A stretch of 64,000 nucleotides of DNA from NCBI GenBank assembly GCA_047967505.1, contig CM106538.1. The stretch is one strand, 5' to 3'. Position 1 is the first letter of the stretch. Every line of letters starts with the position of its first letter. The notes beneath the pieces are model-generated. The model was not told the origin of the DNA. It saw only the letters and a list, made by a program, of their open reading frames with translations, and made no database searches. This document shows, piece after piece, positions 1 to 10,774 of this stretch. Position numbers and translations under genes: made by a program. The stretch is from Dipteris shenzhenensis. Lineage: Eukaryota.

Positions 1-429
1 AGAGACAAATCATTGTGTTCAAAACTTGATACTTTTGAAAAGGCATGGAAGTCTTGGCACACTATTTAAAAGAGCTTGTCTTTCATTTTGTCTAGCTCCA
101 CTTCAAATGGACACAACGCTCACAATCTCTTCCTCATTCAAACATATGATATATCTTACCACACCTTCCATGCTCCCATGATGGGAGGAATTTAGCCCTT
201 CTCTATTTCCTTCTCTATGGCTAATGGCAAAACCTTAGCGGAGGATGGTCTTCCCATAACGTTTTATGTAAGTAGTTTTGGGAACCTATTGGGTCTTACC
301 TTCTTGATGTGTGGTTAGAAAGTATGATGGCTTGGCTAAAGTTTTATATATTAAGTAGTTTTAGGAACCTATTCGGCCTTACCTTTTGGATGTGTGGCAA
401 GAAATTCTTTTTCTTGGTTCTTCATGATG

Positions 430-1960
430 CAACAATGGAGGCATCATCAAGTAGATATATGAGGGGGGCCCAAAGAAGGCACTAAAAATTTGAAGACCTC
501 TTACAATGCTTAATTATAGTTACAAGATCGTAGATAAGGCATTACCTACCAGTGTCAATATTGAAATGAAAGCTTGGTTAAGCCTTAGCAAATAGGTTTT
601 ATCAAGGTAGATAGATTCTGGAAGCTGCCATTAATCTTCGAGAGAGGATTATGAGAGAGACGGGGTAGTACATATTCTTCATATTGGTCTCACATCAGTT
701 GACTTTGATAAGACATGTGACAAGCTAGATTGGGACTTTCTTCATCTATCCCTAATGGACATGGGGACATGGGTTGAATTTATAGGTTTCATAAGGTTGC
801 TACTCACTAATGCTTTAGCCAAGGTGGACATCAATGGTGAAGTTCTAGGAGCTTTTACATTGTAGAGATCAATAAGGCAAGGTTGTCTCATTGGTCCTCT
901 ACTTTTTTCCATAGCCATAGATGCCCATGGGTAGGTCATAGATCATGAGGACAATAATGGTGACTATAAATGTATAGAGCTTCCTAATGGAGCACTAGTA
1001 AATCAACTATTTGCAAATGACACCATGCTTACTCCTAGAAACATTGACAAGGATGTGTGCAGTGTTATCAAATATTTGGAGACATTCTATCTAGCCTAAG
1101 GATCTCTTATCAACCACAAAAGACAACATATTCTCCTTTTTGACAAAACACCATCCTTTGCTAGATGCTATGGGATGCTAGAGAATTTAGAAGGGAACAA
1201 CTTTTGGAATTCTTGATGTTCCAATGGGTTTTGGAATTACAATGAAACAAAGATGGGACTCTACTTTACAAAAAATTTAGAAAAATATGGAAAATTGGAA
1301 AGGCTATCAAGCTAACCTCGCTAGGAGAAAGATAGTCCTCAATTATTGTATCTACGCTATGAACATATATATTTTGTTTCTTGGTCGTCCCTCTCAGAAA
1401 TTTCTCAACCAGCTTATCAGGACATGTAGATCATTCCTATGGGGAGGAACCAAGTCTAAGAGAAAACTTTCTTTGGTATGGTGGGCATTTTGCATTATTG
1501 AGAAAAGGGAGGGGGGATGGGCGTAATTAACATTCAGGATGCTTCTCGCAACATTTTTGCAACAAAGCCATACTCAATCCTAAAGAGACCTCCTAGTGAG
1601 AAATTTTCAATGGGTCAAATCAGTCAGGGAAAACAGATGGAAGAACTTCCTTATGCTAGCAACTATAGCAAACCTTGAACCTTGGACCACCAAAGGAAGC
1701 TCCTTTTGCAGATCAATGTGGGATTCCCTTGAGGCAATCAAGGCTCTAGTATTCTAGTCAAGGAAGGGCCATGTCACGCAATAAGCTCTATATGGTTTTC
1801 ATCTATCCTCAATTATGGGATAGAACTGAGCTTAAGTGCAAACAATGGCCAAATATTAGAATGGATTCTTGGCTTTAAAATGGGGACAAGGAGCTTTTTT
1901 GCCAAAGGTTAAGTCTATGGTCAAGGAATGATATTGGACTAGATATAGATGCTCTATCTT
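430..1960 (+). mobile_element. Degenerate L1-type LINE ORF2 (reverse transcriptase region), many stops/frameshifts
   Basis: Plus-strand translation gives LINE RT motifs: VDFDKTCDKLDWDF (~700-740), RSIRQGCLIGPLLF (~865-910), NQLFANDT (YADD-like, ~1000-1025), and RSFLWGG...LVWWAFCIIEKREGG (ORF 1287-1526). Boundaries approximate. Confidence 0.8.
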
Positions 1961-2896
1961 GAGGCACTAAATTTAGTGACGTTCCTAACCCAAAAGCATA
2001 GAGCCCTTGCCAATCAAAGAACACAATACACTAAAGGTTTTGAAGGCATGGTCAAAATGAAGGCCAGTTTGCAAGGAATGGTTGAGTGAGGAGTGGATAA
2101 GTCCATGAAACCAAAGGCAAGAGTATTTGAGGAAATCATATTTGATGGAGACTTTTGGCACATGGCATAGAAAATCCTTGGCATTGTAAAACCCCTCTTT
2201 ATTACCCCTTGCCTCACTAACAAAGAGGATTGCACCATAGGATTGGTGTGTGAGTTCATGGAGAAGTTTAGAGAGGCAATGAAAGGCCGATTGCTTGGAG
2301 ACAAGTGATTCCAAACTTTTAGCTTTTGATTGCTCAAATGCCTTTGTCCCATTCCAATTTAAATTTGAAACAGTTGAGACTGCCTTTTAATTAATATTTG
2401 ACATTTGTTATAGCAAGCTACTAGAGGTTATGGACATATGGGAGTGTACATGGAATAAATTTCATAACCGAACCATGCAATGGCCCATATATTGCACCCT
2501 CTATGGAGAAGGGAGGGTCCATGCAATGATGACAAATTGGACAAGATGGCATGTGGGTGAACCAACTTTCTGAAGAAAGCATCCCCACATGCAAGGCAAC
2601 AAAACTCCATCAAGGATGAACTATTAATGTATATTGACAATTATCTGCTGAAGGTCATTGATGGTCTTTACAATTGTATAATAAGGATTTCATAGGCCAT
2701 GGACATTGACATTTGTGAGCTCTATAGTGCCTCACACAACAAAGCCAGCTCTCAAAATCTAGACTCTAGAAAGTAGCCAACTCATTTCAGATTGAAGTTT
2801 CAACACTTGTACTTGATTCATGAGTCTTGACCTTTGACTCATTGCTACAGTTGTCTTTACTATTGTTGATATTGTGTACTGAATGACCAATATCAC

Positions 2897-3040
2897 TGGT
2901 TAATGGCTGATCCTTGATGGTCTTTACATTATTGATTCTGTAATTGGCTCACACCTACTCATGTTATTTGATGGTTAATGGCTGATCCTTAATGATCTGT
3001 ACATGGTTGCTTCTGCAATTGACTCACTTATGTTGTTTGG
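2897..3040. repeat. Imperfect tandem duplication (~75 bp unit)
   Basis: ggttaatggctgatcctt...gattctgtaattggctcac is repeated as ggttaatggctgatcctt...gcttctgcaattgactcac. Confidence 0.7.
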
Positions 3041-3748
3041 ATTTCTTATTTGATAATCTTCATGGCCCATGGCCATTGACATTTGTGAGCTCTATTATCA
3101 ACTCTGGAAAGCATGAAATAAAAATTTAGAATAAATGCTCTGTATGCCATTGTCAAGGGCAGTATTACTGGACATTCTAAATGTTTAGCATCATTTGAAC
3201 ATTCCACATATGTGGGATATATTATACACATTTTGTGCACCAGAAAGTACAACCACACATTTTGACATGATAAAGTATTTTTTTAGCGTTTTGAAACATT
3301 TCCCGTTTCTACATTTCGAGACATTTCTGGTGACTATTTGTAGACACGCATACCTCATGGTTCAGGATCAAAATTCTAGGACACCTACTGAATCTGATTT
3401 GAGCTCGCTCTTGTCTACAAAGACATACATTCAATTTCACCCAGCTTAAACATCCATTCAAGTATGAAAGAGAGACCAATCATAAATATATTTTCCATTT
3501 AAAATTCCACAAAACTTCCTCATTCAGGTCAAGAATGTTGCCATGGGAAAGCTGTAACAAGCCAGCAAACCCAGCAAGACAAATACAGGACTGCTTAAGA
3601 TGGATTAAAAACCCAGGATTCTTATACCAGAATAAAACAGAGAAGGTGTGGTGTATCCCTTGCTACACACTGAATAATAGGATGGCACTTCACCACTCTT
3701 AAGTTTCCAAAATACAAGATGCAATTCCACGCCAATGCCTAAATTCTC

Positions 3749-4137
3749 TCAGAAACAAGAACTTCCATCCTGTATAACATTGTAGACCATAAAAATGGTG
3801 CTGATCAGAAAAACCCACCAAAGAATTTCACTGCCTGATTCTCGACGCACAGCCTGTGAACTCTGTAAAGGTGATCCTGATGGTGCTGGTGGGCAAGGTA
3901 AACCAAGGGAATTTCCACGACACTCATTCGCAAAAAGCCCTGCAGGATATCGACCATAAACATTGATGTAATTGAACATGTTGCTTGCACAGTCAGTGGT
4001 GTTGTCATTTACTTCGGCAGCAAATGGGCAAGCAAATTTCACAAATGCTGCACAGCATGCATTCGCTGGATATAAGGGTCCCTTGCATTCACTTGTTATT
4101 ATTGTGTAGTTCTGCACCTGGAAGTTCACACTACAAG
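3749..4137 (-). CDS. LLG: LORELEI-like GPI-anchored protein (LLG), exon 3 (terminal)
   Basis: Translation CSVNFQVQNYTIITSECKGPLYPANACCAAFVKFACPFAAEVNDNTTDCASNMFNYINVYGRYPAGLFANECRGNSLGLPCP has the 8-Cys LRE/LLG domain pattern, followed by a hydrophobic C-terminus. Acceptor ttttgtctacAG at 4139-4138, phase 1. Confidence 0.95.
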
Positions 4138-5069
4138 CTGTAGACAAAAGATAAAAACATCCAATGTATTAGTTTATTATGAAAGAACATCCCAAAAGAG
4201 AGAACTAAGGTTAAGGTTCTCAAGTGCAACTCACAAAGGAGTTTTTTTTTTTTTTAATCACATGTTTACGGTTACAGCCATCTCACAAACTAACTCACAG
4301 AGGAACATAACGGAAAATTGCAGAGCAAAGACAGATCTGCAGAGCAAAAAATATGTCTAGTATGCAAATTTCAAATCAACTGCAACAGGAACTGATCTCA
4401 AAAAGAAAATGCCGAGTATGCTTAAAAGCTATGCCCGAATGATCCCAAAATGGCAAATCGGTGATCACAATGGTGACATGGTCACTATAATGCGGGTCTA
4501 CAGCTCATGCATCCAGAACTCTCAATCTAGAGGCATAGGCACTAAGAGCCTAGGCTTGCAAGACAGGAAAAGCTCAACTCTACAAGTAGCCAACAACCTG
4601 CCCAAAACTCCTTTCAACAGGTGGTGTTGGCAAAATATGAACTACAGATTATCAACGTTATGATTATTCATTGTTGAAGCCTTCTGCCCCAGTTTTTAAG
4701 TACGCACACATTTACAACCTCAGACTACGACACAAGAATAGGATAAACAAACCCAAGGTCTAAGCATTTAGTTCTCCAATAAACAAGATTGACTCTTTTA
4801 TTTCAAAGCTCTTGACAGCTTCCACAGCACAGCCAGAGGTTCTCGCATAAATCTTCACTGTCAGCTCCACCTTGCCTTTACCCTCTTCCCCTCCCTTTTT
4901 AAGATTTGCCTAAGAAAAGGTTCATGCTTTTGCCAGCAAAGGATACATATAGCTGCAAAGACATTCTGACATCTTGAAGAGGAAGCTTGACATGTATTCT
5001 ATGTTGCTGGACTCAAGTCAATTTTAGCCGAAGTCTGCTGTAAACACTTGAAAAATCCTAGCACAACCC

Positions 5070-5179
5070 ACCATTCATTGAGAAATGAATCGTCCAATGG
5101 AAAGCCTTTCTACTCGGGTGCTACCATTCATTGAGGAATGATGCCGTCCAATGGAAAGCCTTTCTACTCGGGTGCTACC
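5070..5179. repeat. Tandem duplication (~54 bp unit) in LLG intron 2
   Basis: accattcattgag...cgtccaatggaaagcctttctactcgggtgct occurs twice head-to-tail. Confidence 0.85.
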
Positions 5180-6599
5180 TCAGCTAATTATGGCCCATTC
5201 AAGCACTAAGATGCAACATCTAGACACTTTCATATCTTGACTCATCTGGAAAGTTTTGTGCTTAAAAGGCTGAAAACACCTCCACTTGTTGAAGCCTGCC
5301 ACTGTTGCTTCTTTTCTGTCACATGCTACAAGGCTGTGAAAGCAGCTACTGCCCTGATTTGACACCCTTTTTGGCTGTCCTGGCCTTTGGAGTCAGTCAG
5401 CAGCCATGCACTGGGGCTCTGATGTTGGGGCTTGCCAAGCCCACAGCTCCACTCCATAGCCCCTGCTACATCCCCTTTCTTCCCTCTTTCCTTTCCAGCC
5501 AAGTCTTTTCGTTCTCTATTGGGACGAACGATGACCTTCCGTCATGGCAGCTCGTTCCACACCACCATCACTCTCTCCCAAGAATAAACCTAAAGTTGAG
5601 GACAGAAGCTCCAGGAACACAGTTGTAGGCAGATGACTTTATGATTTCTTGTGTCGTTTCTGCCAAATCTTCCACCTGTCCTTGACCTTCCCTCCTTTGT
5701 TGTTAATGAACCTTGACATATCTTGATTCAGCATCAAACCATTTGCTAACGTCAGGTGAGATTTGTTTACTACAAAGACGTATATATCTAGATGAACTGG
5801 AACATGCCCAAACTCATTCTCTAAAAACATGACGTAGTGCAGTTTCAATCTCATGATAGTCACTCATAAGGTTGAAAATCATAAACTCCATCACGCATAG
5901 CAGGGACTAGCTACTATGACATCCCCACTGACGTCATCAGCGCCCAACAGTGAGTGTAGACCATACTATAAGCATATGCTCTCACATATACAAATACACA
6001 TACTTGAGCATCCAGTTATACAAAGTCTTCGTACTGAGTTTCTGTCGGCACTCCAGAGGTGAAGGGCAGACTCAGCCATGTGCACCATAAAAACATGTGA
6101 ATTTTTTGGTACAGCCACAAGCAAGTGATCTGTGAAATTAAGTGCTGCCCCTCTCCATCATCAAGAAGAGATTTCGAATCCATGAATCAGATCCTGGAAG
6201 CCCAGCAAACCTTTGGCAAGAGAATCTTTGCAGATCGGACTAATGTTTGGGTGCCTATTGAATAGTGAATTGTTGCTGCCACCTTTCTCAGAGCTACAGC
6301 ATAGAGTCGGACCTCTTTGCTGAATCCTTCTCCCTCACATCCTCTCCTACTCTCCTACAATGGCAGAAGGGAGCCACATGCTTGAAGACCCAACAGACAA
6401 GCATGCCTCCACTTGAGAAGCCTCAAGGAGAGGAGGGCGATGACCTGGATTTTGGAGCAGAAAACCTCGTGACAAAGGAGTAACATGTAAAACTGAAGGA
6501 CTACTTCAAAACTCAGGAAAAGGACGAAAAGGACTTGGTTGCAGCCCAAACACAGACGATTGCATTGGTACAAGCCATAGTTATGGGCTTGGTAGCGGG

Positions 6600-7265
6600 A
6601 ACCAGTGGGAGGATACCCGTGGTGTCGTCCTTCACACCCAACCTTCGCAGATGAGGAGGTGCTTACTCCCAAATGCATAGATGCATGGTTGAACCGGTGG
6701 CAGGTACACTTTTCCTTCCATCCCTTTTCCGATGCTTTGAAATTACAAATGGTGCAAGAGATGTTTGAACGGAATGCGCTAGCTTGGTAGAAGGGTATTG
6801 AAGAAGAACCAAAAACTTGGGCTGACTTAGAACAAGTGTTTAGAGAGGAGTTCCTTCAACCCGAAGATGAGTTTTTCCTCATCACTAAGTTCACAAACTT
6901 GAACATGGAAAAGACACCATTCCATACCTACATAAAGAGGTTTCCTTAAGTCCAAAGCCTCTTATATGAATCCTGCTACCCTATGTGAAATCGATTTGCA
7001 AACACAAACTACAAGTGAAGAACAAAAAAAGAAAAGCCCTCAAGGATGCGATTAGATATGCCAAGAACTATGATGATACTATGGCAAGGGCGAGTTCTTC
7101 ACAGAAAACACAACCTATCACAAATTCCGACCAGAAAACCTGTAAGCAAAAGAGAGACTTCCGACCTCCTAGAGCTATAGAAAATCAAGCCTCAAGTCCT
7201 AGGAAGTCCATTGCTTCATTTGCAAACAAAAGGGGCATATGCAGATGCAGTGTCGGAAGCTGAAG
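6600..7265 (+). mobile_element. Ty3/gypsy gag remnant
   Basis: DAWLNRWQVHFSFHPFSDALKLQMVQEMFERNALAW*KGIEEEPKTWADLEQVFREEFL (retrotransposon gag pattern) and zinc knuckle CFICKQKGHMQMQC near 7210-7255. Confidence 0.75.
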
Positions 7266-7267
7266 AG

Positions 7268-7605
7268 TGCAATGAAAGGGGAAGGGGCAAATTAGAGAAA
7301 GGGGTAGAATTCGTAGGAGTGAGAGAGAGGAAGGGGTAGAGGGAGAGAAAGAGAGAGAGGAAGGGTGAGGGGAAGAGAGAAATAGAGAGAGATTGGGAGA
7401 GAGAGTAGGCAGCCAGTAGGAGGAAGGAGGAGGGAGTAGATAAGAATAGATGTCACATCAAAAGGTGAGTACAAAGGGTGGGGAGGTGGACTTATATAGT
7501 CTCCCTCCACACACTCTCCTTTTTGCCCTCTCTAGGCCTGAACATCCCCCCTAGAGGAATTAGCCTAACCCTCACTAACTTGGCCCAATCTTGGCCTTCA
7601 TTACA
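7268..7605 (-). mobile_element. LTR (3' LTR of a minus-strand non-autonomous element), PPT at ~7606-7619
   Basis: Terminal inverted repeats TGCAATG...CATTACA. On the minus strand it is preceded by purine tract GAGGAGGGATGGA and contains TATATAAG. No partner LTR found. Confidence 0.6.
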
Positions 7606-8699
7606 TCCATCCCTCCTCAAAATTGCAGGTGATGGTTAGGCACCAAGGCCCCCTGCTGTAAAAAGGACATAATTTATCATGCATGCCACCGGGGTCAAAA
7701 GGAAATGTGATGTATTCCTTTGCCTTGGGTGTTGTGGCACCTCCAGGGCCATGTGGCTAGTAATCCATCCTGGCAAGATCATCATTCATGATCACATGAG
7801 TTTTGGCTGTCCCCATGGGTTTTGCTCTGCACGATGCATTGTGTTTTGCAGTCCACTTTCATCCACATGGGAAGCATTGCTTGCTTTTCCATATACCCAA
7901 CATCTTAGCTTCAATGAGTTGTCATTACATTGCATCTCTAGTAAATATGTCCTTACCAAGTGTGAAGAACTGAAAATTGTCTTCATTATAGCTGTCGTGT
8001 TTGGACTCGAACAACTCCATGAGTTTCTCTAATCCCTCAGCATCCCCTAGATCTAGAGTTCTCACATACGACACAACATAGGGCTCCAATACTTGGATGC
8101 TAGCATGTACAGTCTTTTGTATTGCACAATGACTGAAACCTGGTCATCTAGCCTCTGAACAGCCAAATAACCTTAGAGAGACAAATCAGGCCTGCTAGGA
8201 GTCGTGTAGGCATGGTCCCATAAACTTTCCTTGTCACTGGATACACCAAAGTCCAACCCCCAGACAACAAAATAATCAAACACATTGTTTGAACCTATTT
8301 TGGTAGACCAAGGACGGGGCATTGGATGAAACAACAAAATGCTAGATCCCGTTTGGCCTCCATTTGCTTCGGGCAGCCATCAAGTGTGTGCATTGCAATA
8401 TAACACTTCTCCCCACAACCTCCTTTAGTATTTGCAGTTGGAATCACTTGACAACAACCATAGTTTTGTCCTGCATCCAAAGGCATCATTCATGGCTCTA
8501 AAGCATGGCTTGGCTGCATGCAAGGGAGTGGCATAACATGGCTGGACTGCATTACAAGCATTGGCCTGACTACATTCTCCCTAGATGTTGGGTGTCTACT
8601 GTTATAGGCTTGCATAGCCTTTGGCATCACTCCCCTCCGCATCATAGCTCCAACAATTGGTTTGCTCTATGGCATTTGTATACATTTAGCATAGGACAT

Positions 8700-8975
8700 C
8701 ACTGTCAAATCTAACAGCGACTGTCAAATCTAACAGCTGAATATGTAAGGTACAACCACCATGACCATGCAAGGGGTTTCGTGCTTGCAATGCACAAGCC
8801 CGTGAGGCAAAATGCATTTCAGCTTGGAGTCCACCTGAAACTTGATGCATAATAATCTTCTCAATAAGCCCAAAAGGCGAAAATACTTGATGAAACACAT
8901 CCAATGTAATGGGGTACAACATATTGTGAATGGTAATCAAAAGGATTTCATTCGGCTGTGAATCATCCTCACGTT
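8700..8975 (-). pseudogene. Captured fragment of a polypyrimidine tract-binding protein (PTB/hnRNP L family) RRM
   Basis: EDDSQPNEILLITIHNMLYPITLDVFHQVFSPFGLIEKII...SGGLQA...GCTLHIQ matches the plant PTB RRM2 pattern (NRILLVTIH.MLYPITV.VLHQVFSP.GFVEKIV..QKSAGFQA...GCCQLDIQ). No other PTB exons nearby. Confidence 0.8.
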
Positions 8976-10774
8976 GAAGCTGCCCTAAGCCTTTTGCAAG
9001 CTGCTCAAAGCCCTACTTACGCTGCGCAAGAGGCATGTTGCCCCATGCTCGCTCTGTAGGCACTTGACTGTCCCATGGTGTGTAATAAACCTTTGCTGCT
9101 GTTGCACTCTGTCAAATGCATGCAGGTGTGCTGGATTGCTGTCAATAAATACCTATCTCACAGCTTGAAATGTGATGGAGAGGCTCGAAAGAAAGGGCGA
9201 TGAAGAGGCTTTGAAATGGAGCCCGAATGAGCCCCAACAGGGCTGTGGAAGGACTTGAAAAGAGGTTGCAAAAAAGGGCTCTCTTTGCAACCCCCCCCCT
9301 TTTTTTTTTTTTTGGGGGGGGGGGGGTCCTAATTCAACTAAGACTCCTAGGATTGCTAAGACACTTAGGACGCTGAGTTAGTTGAACCTAACCTGACCAC
9401 CACTTGGACTAACCCTAGTAATCTTAACCCCACTACCTAACCAACCCCAACTAAATAAACCTAATTGACTAAGCCAAACCTAACCTACCGGTCTACCCCA
9501 GTCAGGACATTAGACTAAGGTCTTGATTAGTCTAAGGTGGGGGAAAAAAGGACGGCTGACGGGTGTGAGCGGAACAAGAGGCGGCACGACGACGGCGTGG
9601 GTGGGGCGACGACGGGTAGAGTGCACGACGTGGATTGGCGACGAGAATTCTACACAACGACGGGTATCACAGGATAGGCGGTGGGTGGCGAGGCGAACTG
9701 GGCCGCAACGTCAGGGAATCCACGACAGCGCGACGGACGGCATGAACGACGTGCGCGACGAGATGGGCAGCAGATGAGGCTGATGGTGCTAACCTTTACA
9801 GGTGTATCCTGTTTACACACACACGTTAATGTTCCCGAGCGATCTGTCGCCAAATTTGCACGTGCGTTGACTAGGATACAATCGTATAGGCTTTTAGGCA
9901 TGGATCTCGAGTAGGGATTGCGTGAGCCAGCGACAAGCATCGATGGAAACTTTTGTTCAGCTTCAACAAAGAGGTCTTCTTCCTGTTTGCTTGTCTTCGT
10001 CCTGCTGGTCGTCTACCTGTTACTTGTAGTTGTCCTCGAGACTTGCACAAGTGTTGATATTGCGCTCTCCTGTGTTAGCCATCGCTTTGACGTGGGCCTG
10101 CTGTTGAAATTCAGAATGGGAAGCAAAGGTGCCAGAGTCTTCAAGCCTAGAAATATGTAGAACAAATTCATTGACATCTTGGATCAATACCATTAAAATA
10201 GTGATAACATTCCCTCAACCTCAACTGATGCCAGTACTAGGAAGTTGCCTCTCATGTATAAGAAATCTCCATTGAGGTGACTTCTTGATTCTATACATGG
10301 ACATTGTGATCTTAACTAGCACCCGCACCTTTCATGTGTGGGTTATGCAAAGGAAGCTGATCTTCGGGAATCGGCCTCAAAACATTGAAGATCTTCTTCA
10401 CCCCAAAATCGACAATTGGGCTAGATTTGTGGTAGTGGGCATTGGCTTTTGGGATTCCTATACTATAGTTTTGACGCATGTATAGATATTGCATACTACT
10501 GCAGTAAATTTGTATCTATATCTATATATGGCATGAGGTTGGGGCCTTTCTAGAGATTGTCCTTTTCTAGATCTAGATTCCACAATACATCCCCTAAGCC
10601 ATATTACTTTGTGGATGATGTGTGATTCTTTGAGTTTTCAGTTATTTCATTTCAATTTACATGGCAAAAGACTTTGAATTTTTAGTTAATCGGAAACATA
10701 ATCTCAGACTATGCATTGCAATGCTCACTTTTACTTTAACTAGATCAAAGCTATGAACTTTTCCACATAATATG

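Noticed and set aside
1985-2352. Two minus-strand ORFs of ~110 aa
   Set aside because: No recognisable domain; adjacent to LINE debris.
5880-6120. Candidate 5' LTR/PBS for the gypsy gag at 6.6 kb
   Set aside because: Only a TATA-like word and a weak TGGTAC; no definable termini or partner LTR.
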